A stretch of DNA of 57,265 bases from a virus (Duplodnaviria > Caudoviricetes), in IMG/VR virus record IMGVR_UViG_3300037247_000734, positions 1 through 57,265 of that record. One strand, given 5' to 3'. Position 1 is the stretch's first letter; every line of letters starts with the position of its first letter. Shown piece after piece: positions 19,325 to 29,156 of the stretch. The translations under genes and the position numbers were made by a program. The notes below the pieces were generated by a model, which was given only the letters and a program-made list of their open reading frames with translations, made no database searches and was not told the DNA's origin.

Positions 19325-20836
19325 TTACCCAAGCACTTCGGTGATACCAGTGAGTTTCATCCAGTTCTTGGACTGCGTACTCGGCATCACGTTCCACTGA
19401 CGCAGGAACGGGGCTTCGACGAAGTCCGTCGTCGCACCAGTCGTGCTGTGAGCGTGCTTGAAAATTCCCTGTAAACCACCGGTCCCACCGAGGGACGCGA
19501 CGAACTCAACTTCCGTACCGAACCGCGAGTCCACCTTCGCACCAGGAATGGGCGGGGGGACATACCGAGTCAGCCCACCACCGCGAATCTTCCCGCAGTA
19601 GGCCGTACCAGGATTGCAGTACGTGGAAGTGAGAATTTCAACCGACCGAGATGCGAACCGATACCGGAACGCTTCCCAGCCAGCCTCGACCGTTACAGCC
19701 TGACCGTTACGATCATAGCGGAAGCGACCCGGCTGGGACGCGACTGCCGTATTGTACGTGTCAAGGTTGTCAATGAAGCCGATAAGGACACCCATCGTGG
19801 TCAGCATGGTGTCGATCTTCATGCCTGGGAACGACTCGAAGAACTTCGCAAAGTGCTTGTTCAGAGTGTTCTCAGTCATAGCCGCATTGATCGCACTCGG
19901 AACGTAAGAACGGAACTGACCGAAGTTCCGAACGTCAATCCCGAAGAACGACGTGACGGTCGAGCCGTCAGCGATCCAGGACTCCAGACCCTTCGGGGCC
20001 TTGTTAACCGAGTCCTTGATAACAAAGATGTCATTGTCGGCACCGCTTCCGGCATAGGTGAAGCCGCCGCCGAGGGATGTATCGGTCTGGAACGTGCCGC
20101 CGTCAACACGACGAACGTGAATCTTGTTATCCAACGGGTCCACGTTGTCGATTACGAGGAAGTACCCCGCATTCCGCTTCGTAGTCCCAGTGGAGTCATA
20201 CAAGTCCACCATCATACCCGTGCGGAACCTATGGACACGACCCGACGCACCCGTTCCCGAAAGGTCGAAGATCATAACCGCAGTATCGCTAGTCGGGCTC
20301 GTCTTGTTTGTGACATTAGCCGAACTGTCGCCAATGTCTGCCAGTTCGCCGGTGCTTGCCGAAGAACTGTAGAAGATCGCCGCCTCCTGCTGAGCGAGGA
20401 GGTCTGATACACCTTTGAGGTTCTGAGCGACCACCGAACCGATGGAAGCATTCAGCCTGTCCGCACGCAAAATCTGGTGGGGCAGGTAGAAGTTACCACG
20501 GTGCTCGATGAGCGTGACCTCCGTCTGGATGAACGCCGGAGCAGTGACCTCATCCACAGCCTGGAAGGTCTGTGGGGTGTCGTACATGTTAAAACCGAGT
20601 GGCCCGGACAAGGTGTTACCCCCGGCCACATCCATGAACTTGGCCCCACCGGAAACCCCAGTGACCCAAGTCTTAATAACCTTCCACCCACGACCGATCC
20701 CACGGTTCCGCATAACGTTCATGCTGGACCGACGAATCATCGGGTAGACAGGGTCCAAGTCCCACAGAGACTCGAAGATCGTCGGAACAATCTTCTGCTC
20801 CAGGGTGTATTGGACAGCATCAGTGATCGTTGCCAT
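19325..20836 (-). CDS. Major capsid protein
   Basis: 503 aa; follows portal and scaffold; followed by a terminator; C-terminal WMKLTGITE typical of capsid proteins. Confidence 0.75.
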   Translation of the reverse strand: MATITDAVQYTLEQKIVPTIFESLWDLDPVYPMIRRSSMNVMRNRGIGRGWKVIKTWVTGVSGGAKFMDVAGGNTLSGPLGFNMYDTPQTFQAVDEVTAPAFIQTEVTLIEHRGNFYLPHQILRADRLNASIGSVVAQNLKGVSDLLAQQEAAIFYSSSASTGELADIGDSSANVTNKTSPTSDTAVMIFDLSGTGASGRVHRFRTGMMVDLYDSTGTTKRNAGYFLVIDNVDPLDNKIHVRRVDGGTFQTDTSLGGGFTYAGSGADNDIFVIKDSVNKAPKGLESWIADGSTVTSFFGIDVRNFGQFRSYVPSAINAAMTENTLNKHFAKFFESFPGMKIDTMLTTMGVLIGFIDNLDTYNTAVASQPGRFRYDRNGQAVTVEAGWEAFRYRFASRSVEILTSTYCNPGTAYCGKIRGGGLTRYVPPPIPGAKVDSRFGTEVEFVASLGGTGGLQGIFKHAHSTTGATTDFVEAPFLRQWNVMPSTQSKNWMKLTGITEVLG

Positions 20837-20912
20837 TTCTTGGCCCTTACACTACCAATTCAATTACTGACAGCCAGGAAAGGATTGGTCTGGACCCTGG
20901 CGGTCCACCTCA

Positions 20913-21881
20913 CTAAGTTTTGCCTCGCTCAGCCTGGGCCTGGTGGTAAGCCAGGGTCTCCAGGACGTTCTGCTCGAAAGCATCACCCTCAGTGGAAGGT
21001 ACGTGGTCGGGGAGTTTGGTGGGATAGACTTCCGTATCACCGCCGCCCGGAGCATGGCCGAGACCCGTGGGGGTCCGTTTGCCTGGAGTACCTAGAGCTT
21101 GCAGGTGCTCCCTGATCTCAGGGAGGACTTCCGCAAGGATACGGGCTCCATCTCCGAAGTCGCCGCTGAACGAGTCAAGTCGTCCTCGAATCTTCTCATC
21201 CACGTATTGACGAATTGCCGTACGCCCCTCGGGCGTCTGTGCATTCATATTATAGGCAATAGCTTCGTCCTTGTCAAGTGCATTTCCTACAATTTTGTCA
21301 ATTCTCACTTTCTCGGCCTCCCGGAGCACCCTCTGGACATCCGGAGACAACCCGGCATACCCTACTGGGCCGTCCTCACGGGAACGAGTAGCCGGTTTGC
21401 CAGACTCTCCAGCCTTGTCAGCCTCCTTGAAGTAGTCGTCTACAACGTCCTCGTCGTCGTCCGGGGTCTCGAAGGTCCTCTTGGCGATCTCCTCGACCCT
21501 ATCGCCGGGGACCCCGAACTGGGCACCGATGCGACGGAAGGCATCCATGCGGTCCGGGAGGGGGGTGTCCTCACCATCCTTGAACACCAGTTCCATGTCC
21601 TCCTGGATGGCCAGGGCCTTTGCATTCTCCTTGCGAATACCGGCAGCTTCTTGGAACTTCTCCCGACCGGCGGCACCTGTCTGGGCCTCCGAGATCAGCT
21701 TGTCCAGGGGCCACTGCTCCTGCTTCCCGTTGATCGTCACGTCATAGAGACGAGCCTGGTCAGGGTGGGGCGACTTTGCCAGACTTGGGTGAACCTGGTC
21801 GTTTGGGATGTTCGTCACGCCAGCGTCATCGTCCGCGATTGGGGTACTTCGTCCGTCCGCCGTATTGGTAGGATCGGGCAT
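20913..21881 (-). CDS. Capsid scaffolding protein
   Basis: Acidic and helical; YDVTINGKQEQWPLDKLI motif; lies between portal and capsid. Confidence 0.7.
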   Translation of the reverse strand: MPDPTNTADGRSTPIADDDAGVTNIPNDQVHPSLAKSPHPDQARLYDVTINGKQEQWPLDKLISEAQTGAAGREKFQEAAGIRKENAKALAIQEDMELVFKDGEDTPLPDRMDAFRRIGAQFGVPGDRVEEIAKRTFETPDDDEDVVDDYFKEADKAGESGKPATRSREDGPVGYAGLSPDVQRVLREAEKVRIDKIVGNALDKDEAIAYNMNAQTPEGRTAIRQYVDEKIRGRLDSFSGDFGDGARILAEVLPEIREHLQALGTPGKRTPTGLGHAPGGGDTEVYPTKLPDHVPSTEGDAFEQNVLETLAYHQAQAERGKT

Positions 21882-21918
21882 CTCTACTCTCCTGAAAAGG
21901 GGTTAAAGTCGTGGTCCT

Positions 21919-22110
21919 CTAGACAAGCCGCTCTAGCTTGGTATCCGCGTATGGGACCCTAAATACGGCGGGTATGAACCTGTCACACTTCTTACAGTGG
22001 TCAAGAACCAACTGAATCGTTGCTGTAGGGTCCACTCCATCGTGACATCGTGAATCCAGTGGTTCCCACATTTTCTTATGAAACCAGTTACACCACAGCC
22101 TTCCAAACAT
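21919..22110 (-). CDS. Small Cys/His hypothetical protein
   Basis: GGAGG RBS; LWCNWFH and CKKC. Confidence 0.55.
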   Translation of the reverse strand: MFGRLWCNWFHKKMWEPLDSRCHDGVDPTATIQLVLDHCKKCDRFIPAVFRVPYADTKLERLV

Positions 22111-22129
22111 TACATCCTCCTAAAGGGGG

Positions 22130-24196
22130 TTAAAGTGGTCCGCCAGGCGAAATGCCGGGTGGGATTCCTGCTTGTTCGTTACCCGGCCTCTGCTGAGCAC
22201 CGGCCTGTTCTGCGAGAGCTACCTCTTCGGGGGGAGGCATCTCATCCGGGAACCGCTGTCCCGCGAGTATCTCAAGGTCCAACTTCCAGTCCTCGAACAC
22301 CTTGCGGACCGCCTCACTGGACAGACTGAATTCGATCTTGTTCATAAACTCCTGGAGCTTGATGAGTTGGATGTCGGGGTTCTGAGTATGCTCCCCGATG
22401 TCCAAGTTGCCAGGTGCCTGACCATCCCGGAATAGAGTGATTATCTGCCAGGTACACTTCCGCCAGGTCTCCCATATCTCGCGGGGGGCACCCGGCATAT
22501 CCAGGTTCTCTTCCATCGCAGTGATCCAGAACCGTGTCGGGTCCACAAGCTGCATCCCATACAGTTCCTTCAACTCCTGCTTCCGGACTTCCCGATCACG
22601 AGGCTGGCGGTCCTTAATGTCGATCTTGATCTCCCACGACTCGGGGATCGGGTTCTCAGCCAACTTCATATCCCCGGTCTGGGGATCGAGGATGACGCCC
22701 GCGATCGCGTCGTCTATCGTCGCCAGCTTGATGGTCTCACCCGGTTTAAGACGCTCCTTAGCCACCTGCAACATCCGTGAGTAGACACCTGCGAGTGCAT
22801 CAGCAAGGCCATGACTAGGTAGACCGAGGCTGATATTGCCAGTGTTAAACAGAAAGCCGAGACCAGCAGCAGAGTCAATACGGCCACTTGTTTCTCCTTG
22901 GAAGGCGGGTCCCTGACCCGACAGTTTTTGCAGCATCTCGCTAGCGATAGCAGCGAACTTCGCGGGCATCAGGCCCGTGTTCGACGGGGCAATGGTGAAC
23001 GGCTGGAGACTCGGGTTAAGGGGGTCGGGCTCGAACTTTTCAGCCCTCGGACGCGGTCCCGTTCTCCACCGCTTGATGTCAATACCGGAGGCACCGGGGA
23101 TGAACAGAGTGCCGAACATGTCGAGTTCCTGAATATTCTTGAACAACGACTGGAGCATCTTCTCAATCTGGTCGTTCATCGGCATTAAGGGAGCGACGAA
23201 ACCACGGGCGAACATCTTGCCAATGTCCGTGTGCCGAGCTACATGGAGCGGGCAAAGGACACGGACCTTCTGTTCCTCGAAGTTCTCGTCAATGAGAATC
23301 TTCTTCCCTACCTTGACGATGAAGCGTGCAACGAACATCTGGGTGTCGTCGTAGATGTAGATTTCCTCCAATGGAACGTACAGCCGTCCGTCCCTCCGGG
23401 GTCCCGGACGATCGCTGTAGCCAGCCGAGCCCTTACTGATGTTCAGGCCCATAGCATCAATCCTGGGTGCCCAGATGCTACCGCCGCCGGATGCCACCAC
23501 ACCCTGACCGATCGGGTCCGGGGGTGGACCGCCCCACGGTACGTCACGGGCGTCCATGTTTGACTCGGGCCGCTTGAGGTCGATCCGCTTGTCGAACACG
23601 CTCTTCATACGGTCGGCAAGCCAGTGGATCGGTATCCACCGCTTACGGGCGATACCCATCAGGTTGCCGGTGCCATCCACCCATGCAGGCATACCTCGAA
23701 GTTGGCGGGCGGTAACGACCTCAATCTGATCCGGCATATCCGACATGCCGGTCTCGACATGGTTCAGGCCCACGGTCCCGTGCTTGAGGAAGGGGATCAG
23801 AATTTGCCGCTTGATGGACTCCAGGGGCAGAGGAGCTGAGAGTGCCCCAAGCGTAGCCGCACCAATAGCGGCCTTCCGGAGAGCATCGAGGGACTCCCCC
23901 TTCTTTGCCGCTGTCGGGAGAATCTCTATCTTCATGTACCGGCCCATCTCAGCCAGATACAACCGTGTAATCTCCTCATACCGCATACTAAGTTCACCCT
24001 GTGCGTTCTCAAACGCAACCTCAAGGCTCCCAGCAAAGCGGTCGTTAATCTTGAAACGACGAGTACCGGCGAGATAGGCGTCAATTATCTTGTGAGTCGT
24101 AACATGGACGTTGGTTTCCTGTTCAGCCGGGATCAACTCGGCGTCGAGGGCACCTATCAGGTCGTTTTCTTTCTTGGGGAGGGCGAGTCTAGCCAT
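22130..24196 (-). CDS. Portal protein
   Basis: 688 aa between terminase and scaffold; GFVAPLMPMNDQIEK, LSGQ..FQG...R.DSAAGL; Pro/Gln-rich tail. Confidence 0.75.
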   Translation of the reverse strand: MARLALPKKENDLIGALDAELIPAEQETNVHVTTHKIIDAYLAGTRRFKINDRFAGSLEVAFENAQGELSMRYEEITRLYLAEMGRYMKIEILPTAAKKGESLDALRKAAIGAATLGALSAPLPLESIKRQILIPFLKHGTVGLNHVETGMSDMPDQIEVVTARQLRGMPAWVDGTGNLMGIARKRWIPIHWLADRMKSVFDKRIDLKRPESNMDARDVPWGGPPPDPIGQGVVASGGGSIWAPRIDAMGLNISKGSAGYSDRPGPRRDGRLYVPLEEIYIYDDTQMFVARFIVKVGKKILIDENFEEQKVRVLCPLHVARHTDIGKMFARGFVAPLMPMNDQIEKMLQSLFKNIQELDMFGTLFIPGASGIDIKRWRTGPRPRAEKFEPDPLNPSLQPFTIAPSNTGLMPAKFAAIASEMLQKLSGQGPAFQGETSGRIDSAAGLGFLFNTGNISLGLPSHGLADALAGVYSRMLQVAKERLKPGETIKLATIDDAIAGVILDPQTGDMKLAENPIPESWEIKIDIKDRQPRDREVRKQELKELYGMQLVDPTRFWITAMEENLDMPGAPREIWETWRKCTWQIITLFRDGQAPGNLDIGEHTQNPDIQLIKLQEFMNKIEFSLSSEAVRKVFEDWKLDLEILAGQRFPDEMPPPEEVALAEQAGAQQRPGNEQAGIPPGISPGGPL

Positions 24197-24279
24197 TCTG
24201 CCACATCTTCCTCGGTTAGTTCACCGACTTCTGGATCGTCATACTCAAGCCATTCTCGAAGCTCATCCTCTTCGGTCAT
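24157..24279 (-). CDS. 40-aa acidic peptide (not in ORF track)
   Basis: ATGA overlap with the upstream stop; MTEEDELREWLEYDDPEVGELTEEDVAEWLDSPSPRKKTT. Confidence 0.45.
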   Translation of the reverse strand: MTEEDELREWLEYDDPEVGELTEEDVAEWLDSPSPRKKTT

Positions 24280-24614
24280 GGCACGCTTATGACATCACAG
24301 CCGGGGGGAGGCCATTGAGTATCCGGAGAGTCCTGCCACGGGTCTCCCTCTTCTCTCTGTGACCCCTCCTCAAGCGACCGACGATGGCTCACGGCCTCAA
24401 CCGCCTTACCCTGATTCACCATCGCCATCTCGATCATGCGGTCAGCCATCCGGTCGGCAGCGTGGGAACGAGTTTTCTCGGCCTGCTCGACTATGACCCG
24501 CATCGCCTCAATCCGCTTACTGTTGATTGCCGTCTGGCCCTGCAACACCCGGAGCAGCTTTGTCACAGTCTCCATCTGCTCCGACATCTTCTCAATCTGT
24601 TCCTTCCAGTTCAT
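24276..24614 (-). CDS. Coiled-coil hypothetical protein
   Basis: ATGA coupling; heptad-like N-terminus. Confidence 0.65.
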   Translation of the reverse strand: MNWKEQIEKMSEQMETVTKLLRVLQGQTAINSKRIEAMRVIVEQAEKTRSHAADRMADRMIEMAMVNQGKAVEAVSHRRSLEEGSQREEGDPWQDSPDTQWPPPGCDVISVP

Positions 24615-24814
24615 AACTTCCCCCCTTCATTCAGACCCTTTACCATGTTCTCAACAGCCTCTTCGATCCGCTTCTGGAGACCGTCAACACCTTCAACCTT
24701 CATCAACTCATGGGGGACTTGCAAGTTCAAAGGAACAAACAGAAGGTCTGTTGTGGTCTTTGTACCTGTCTTAAATATGACGGGGGCCTCTGATCCAAAC
24801 TTGTAAGTAATCAT
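24611..24814 (-). CDS. Hypothetical protein
   Basis: Packed directly after terminase. Confidence 0.6.
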   Translation of the reverse strand: MITYKFGSEAPVIFKTGTKTTTDLLFVPLNLQVPHELMKVEGVDGLQKRIEEAVENMVKGLNEGGKL

Positions 24815-24820
24815 CTCTTT

Positions 24821-26695
24821 CTACCTCCCTTCAAACGGTATCCAGTCCATCCACCAACTCTCCGATGGTCCGAACTGCTCCTCTGCCCGATCGTATCGAG
24901 CGTTGAGAAGCTCGTGTAGATCATCGTTCGACAGGTCCGATGCATTGATGCCCGACATCAGCGGTACACCCAGGTACTCGGTCTCTCCCTTCTTCATCTC
25001 CCCGATCAAACTGACCGGCTCGTAGATGTCGGGAGCAGCACCCCTATGTTGTTTCCCGATCGCCTGGTGCATCGCCAGGGTGTCAATTGCATCATCGTGA
25101 TCGAGCAACGCCATGTCCTCGGTGAAGTTCTCCACTTCGTAGAACAGGCGTGCGTAGCCCGGCAGTCCCCGACGATCAACCGGCAACTTCATCCGGAAGT
25201 GCCGGAACCGCCACTCCATCTGCATGATCTTATCTTCCTTCCGCATCTTCGGAGGGAACTTCAACGGGATCACGCGGGGGATCGTTTCATTCTTCCCATA
25301 CAGGCCCGGAAGGTTATCGCGGACACGCTCGTAGAACTCGGCCATGACGGGGTACGCCTCGACCCCAATCAGCCTGATGTCCCACTTGAGGGCCATCCGG
25401 TACACCTGCCGGAGCAGTTCTTCGGGTCTTACTCTTCCCACCCATATATCTAGTGAGTACAGCGTGTCTCTATGTTCATGGCTATTCTCGAAGCCCATAA
25501 CGTGAACAACAGAGAAGTCGGAGGTTGGAGTCGTCGTGCGAGATGAATCAACCGTAATGAACCGACGCATATTTGATACCACCTCTGACCAACAACGATG
25601 CTGTACGATCGGGACCGGTAGTTCATCGCCCTCCTCAGTCTTTCGGATGCCTTTGAGACAGTGGGTGACCACGATAGCTTGACTGCCGAGGGGATCGTTG
25701 TATGCTGCATCATCTAAATCCTCCAACCAATAAGTGTTTAGTTCGGGGTGGATAGCCAACACGCGGTCGGCTGCCGTCCCCGGATCGTTCATGTACTGAG
25801 CGTTGTACGCCGCGACACCGAGTCGCCGCTTCTCCGATACCTGCCACTTCTCATCCATGACCTCCCAATCGAGGTCAATGACGTTCATCAGGGTCCGGTT
25901 CCAGAACTCCTTGATTCGGGAATCGTCAGTAGTGTATAACCAGTAGATGAACATCCGTCGATTATATAGAGTCCCGATAATCCTAATAGGTACAGAGAAT
26001 CCCGGCGAGCGGGCCATCGGGTAGATGGCGTTGAAGAAGAACTTCTCAAAGTTCTCACGTAGGTCAGAAGGCGTCTGGACCAAGTCATCTGATTTCTCCA
26101 CGTCATCCAGGACAACCAGACCTGATGGCCGCGTACCCAGAGACGCACCCGTAATCGGGATGGCCCTTACGCTGGAACCGTTGGAGAGGTCCATTCGAGA
26201 CCCCCGGTTCCACACGCCGTCCCCCCGCGAACACTTGAGCTTCCCGAAGTCGTCGATGAGGGCCTCGTTGTTAGCGACTTCGGCCATCAAGCGACCCAAC
26301 CGATCACCGCAGAATGCCTGAGTGGCAAGGAACAATGCACACTCCCAATAGGGCGTAGTCACACACTTGCGGAGCACTTCCTCCAGGTTCACCGTAGTCT
26401 TGCAAGTACCACGAGGTGCAGCATGAACCAACAGGTCATGCTTGTGCCAATCCATCACCCATTTGTAGTGCGATGGGGGACTGGGTGTGAAGCCTGTCCG
26501 ATACCATGCTGGGCCACGAGGCACGAGGTATTGCTCCCGGAAGAACGACCACCCGGCCACCTCCAACTCGGGAGTTCCCCCGAGCGAGGCCGCATTCACA
26601 CGAGCAAGCCGTCGCCCCTCCTTCGTGTACCCGCCATCATAGTAATCGTCCGGCAGGGGAAAGAACCTAGAATCTCGAAAAACTACTGACTGCAT
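24821..26695 (-). CDS. terL: Terminase large subunit
   Basis: Walker A APRGTCKTT, Walker B VVLDDVE, IIGT coupling motif, nuclease FITVDS and HDDAIDTLA; start by TAATG overlap at 26695. Confidence 0.92.
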   Translation of the reverse strand: MQSVVFRDSRFFPLPDDYYDGGYTKEGRRLARVNAASLGGTPELEVAGWSFFREQYLVPRGPAWYRTGFTPSPPSHYKWVMDWHKHDLLVHAAPRGTCKTTVNLEEVLRKCVTTPYWECALFLATQAFCGDRLGRLMAEVANNEALIDDFGKLKCSRGDGVWNRGSRMDLSNGSSVRAIPITGASLGTRPSGLVVLDDVEKSDDLVQTPSDLRENFEKFFFNAIYPMARSPGFSVPIRIIGTLYNRRMFIYWLYTTDDSRIKEFWNRTLMNVIDLDWEVMDEKWQVSEKRRLGVAAYNAQYMNDPGTAADRVLAIHPELNTYWLEDLDDAAYNDPLGSQAIVVTHCLKGIRKTEEGDELPVPIVQHRCWSEVVSNMRRFITVDSSRTTTPTSDFSVVHVMGFENSHEHRDTLYSLDIWVGRVRPEELLRQVYRMALKWDIRLIGVEAYPVMAEFYERVRDNLPGLYGKNETIPRVIPLKFPPKMRKEDKIMQMEWRFRHFRMKLPVDRRGLPGYARLFYEVENFTEDMALLDHDDAIDTLAMHQAIGKQHRGAAPDIYEPVSLIGEMKKGETEYLGVPLMSGINASDLSNDDLHELLNARYDRAEEQFGPSESWWMDWIPFEGR

Positions 26696-27879
26696 TACCC
26701 ATCCAAACCGCACAAAGCGAACGCAGTAAAGCCAGCCGTCGCTACGAGGAAGGACGTGACCCATTTGGCCCCGAGGACGTGCCCCATTTCCATACTGATG
26801 ACCTTGCGGCACACCGACGTAACGAACTGCGGGTCGCACAAGAAGCCCTTGAAGCGGTTGTCGAACTCGATCTGGAGCTTCTGTGGCCAACCGTTGTAGC
26901 CGACGTGGCGGTGAACCTTCTGCCCAAGGTGCCGTCGCCAGAACCGATGGACATCGTTCCCCCGCATGAAGTCATTCACGTCCTGGACCAACTGCTGTGT
27001 TTTGGCAAGCTCCATGTCAGCCCGAACCCTTCCAGGATCATCCGGAGGGCCGTCCTGCTCCGGTTCCGGAACCTTGGCAATCGGCTCATCCCAATTCCCA
27101 TCATAGCCGTCGTCGTTAAAGTTGATGCTGTCCCTCTGGCATGGGGTCCCGTCGTAGTTCGGAACTTGCTTCTGCTCAGGTACAGGACCGAGGTTCATCG
27201 CCGGGGGCGAGATTTGAGGGACGCTGATTTTTCTCCCGTCTTTCAAGGTAACTTGCCGCAGCTTCGGCTGCTTGTTCTCGGGCTCGGTCGATTCGCTTGA
27301 GGCGATCGACGGAGGATTCGGCGGTGGCACAGTCACGGATGGACCCGGCGTCTGAATCGGGGCTGCGACGGGGGACACCGGGCTCCCACCAGTTGGTACG
27401 CTTTGCGGCGTGCTCGCCGGGGATGATTGGCCTGCGGGGTTCAACAGTACTGGCCCCTCCGGACGGTCCATCCTCTCCGGGCCGCTGGGCGGGACCCCCT
27501 GTAGGTGCGACAGGATTTGGCTGATCCCCGACTCGATGTTCTGTACTTTCCCCTCCAGCTCCTTCACCCTCTGGGCCTCGTCCAGGTTCGACGGATACCC
27601 CTCTTCCTCGTTCATCTTCTGCTCCCTTAATTGTGCCTTCGTCATCTTGTTCACATCCAACCCCCGTTCCCGATCCGCTATGCTGTGGGAAGGATGAGTT
27701 GGCCCGTTCTCCCTCATGTCCCTGTAAGCGAACGTCATCCCCTCCGCCGCCATCGCTGTGGGGTCCATTTCTACCATCTGTCCGGTCTGATCCGGTACTG
27801 CAATCGGAGCCTCGGGGTTGTCTTGGTAGGCTTGGTCCCCGCCCTCCAGACTCATCGCCTCCATCATTTCCTCGTTCAT
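26695..27879 (-). CDS. Hypothetical protein with long Pro-rich linker
   Basis: GGAGG RBS; coupled to terL. Confidence 0.7.
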   Translation of the reverse strand: MNEEMMEAMSLEGGDQAYQDNPEAPIAVPDQTGQMVEMDPTAMAAEGMTFAYRDMRENGPTHPSHSIADRERGLDVNKMTKAQLREQKMNEEEGYPSNLDEAQRVKELEGKVQNIESGISQILSHLQGVPPSGPERMDRPEGPVLLNPAGQSSPASTPQSVPTGGSPVSPVAAPIQTPGPSVTVPPPNPPSIASSESTEPENKQPKLRQVTLKDGRKISVPQISPPAMNLGPVPEQKQVPNYDGTPCQRDSINFNDDGYDGNWDEPIAKVPEPEQDGPPDDPGRVRADMELAKTQQLVQDVNDFMRGNDVHRFWRRHLGQKVHRHVGYNGWPQKLQIEFDNRFKGFLCDPQFVTSVCRKVISMEMGHVLGAKWVTSFLVATAGFTAFALCGLDG

Positions 27880-28348
27880 CTAGTACCTCCACGTCAATAA
27901 CCTTGTCGCTCTCGCTCTTGGAGGCACCCTCCAATAAAGCCAGAGTAGATTTCAGCCTCGAACTCCCCTCCTGGGTCAACCTCATTCCCTCGGCGTTGTA
28001 CTCAGCCTGGGTCCCATCCTCCAGCGTCTTTCGTATCGTCAGCCGGTCCTTCTGGATAAGTCCCCCGAGCACCATTGCTTCCTTGGCCTTCTTGTCGAGC
28101 ATCACCAGGGCTGCCATCCGTTCCTTAGCAGTGACAATCGGCTCCTCAATCAAGGTCCCATCCCTCTTGGTGATCGTCCTGACTTCCTTCCCCCGAACGA
28201 TGTCCGTAAGAACCTCGACCATCTCGACGACCGTGAACTCGTTCTCTCGGAACGCTGCGTCGATCGCACCCGGCACGAAAAAACCACAGAGCCCCTCCCC
28301 GGTTCCGGCAACCAGGTCGTGCTGCTCAGTTTTCTGGATACTGTCCAA
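27176..28348 (-). CDS. Possible terminase small subunit (first ~155 aa) with a long overlapping low-complexity tail
   Basis: Helical TAKERMAALVML and VIDVEV motifs; upstream of terL; TTG start uncertain. Confidence 0.4.
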   Translation of the reverse strand: MDSIQKTEQHDLVAGTGEGLCGFFVPGAIDAAFRENEFTVVEMVEVLTDIVRGKEVRTITKRDGTLIEEPIVTAKERMAALVMLDKKAKEAMVLGGLIQKDRLTIRKTLEDGTQAEYNAEGMRLTQEGSSRLKSTLALLEGASKSESDKVIDVEVLDERGNDGGDESGGRGPSLPRQPRGSDCSTGSDRTDGRNGPHSDGGGGDDVRLQGHEGERANSSFPQHSGSGTGVGCEQDDEGTIKGAEDERGRGVSVEPGRGPEGEGAGGESTEHRVGDQPNPVAPTGGPAQRPGEDGPSGGASTVEPRRPIIPGEHAAKRTNWWEPGVPRRSPDSDAGSIRDCATAESSVDRLKRIDRAREQAAEAAASYLERREKNQRPSNLAPGDEPRSCT

Positions 28349-28350
28349 CG

Positions 28351-28722
28351 TCAGGCTTTCCGATAACCTTCCATTCGGGAATGAGGGACCTTGATCCCCT
28401 TCTTCCCAGGATTCTTGATTGTGTGCGGGCCACGCTTGCTCAGAGCCCGCTGAAGGGCCTGTAGCCGCTCCCTAATGGCCTCTTTACTCAAAGTGCCATA
28501 GACGATACCCGCCGAGGCGTGGATGGCCCTCACGGCGTCCTGGGACCCCTTAGCGGCTTCGGGAAGCCCGGCCTCAAACAGGGCCATCTCAAGAGCCCAC
28601 AAGTTCACATACTGCTTGTCTCCCCCCGGCAACGTAATGAGGGGAATGGCGAATGTAGCCAAGAGGGACATGACACCCTTCTCTGGGACCCCCCAATCCG
28701 TGGCGAGCCCATCCGCACTCAC
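28351..28722 (-). CDS. Hypothetical protein
   Basis: ORF fills the gap in the operon. Confidence 0.55.
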   Translation of the reverse strand: MSADGLATDWGVPEKGVMSLLATFAIPLITLPGGDKQYVNLWALEMALFEAGLPEAAKGSQDAVRAIHASAGIVYGTLSKEAIRERLQALQRALSKRGPHTIKNPGKKGIKVPHSRMEGYRKA

Positions 28723-28745
28723 GAGGATTACACCCGCACCAACCT

Positions 28746-28973
28746 TTATTCTGTGTGGCTGAATAGTGGACCCTCCAACTCCTCAACCGTCACTGTAACT
28801 CCCGGCAGGTTCTTGATAGCAACAATGCAGAGTTCATCCTCCTCGCTACCGTTATCCTCAATCCAAGCCTTCCGATCTGGGTCCCAATGCCACGCCCAAC
28901 TCGTGAGGGTTTCACGATGGGGGTACGTGTCCCCGGTTGCGACAAACCTCTTAGTTCCTGTCCAGCTACCCAT
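28746..28973 (-). CDS. Hypothetical protein
   Basis: AGGAG RBS; GDTYPHRETL...WHWDPDRKAW motif seen in small phage proteins. Confidence 0.65.
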   Translation of the reverse strand: MGSWTGTKRFVATGDTYPHRETLTSWAWHWDPDRKAWIEDNGSEEDELCIVAIKNLPGVTVTVEELEGPLFSHTE

Positions 28974-29127
28974 GCCTCACTCCTAAACCACTGCTGCTGC
29001 TGTAATAGGTTTGGATTTCCCCCCACCCCGAGGAAGAAGAAGCGGTGCTCCCCGCCCCTTCCGTCCTATATTAAAAGTTATGTAGGTGGTTCCCGTCCCT
29101 CCCGATTACTTAACGAGGAACCACTAT

Positions 29128-29156
29128 ATTATAGGCTCCTCATCTCCCAATATCAA
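29128..29156 (-). promoter_or_regulatory. Sigma70-type promoter
   Basis: TTGATA-17-TATAAT on minus strand. Confidence 0.65.
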
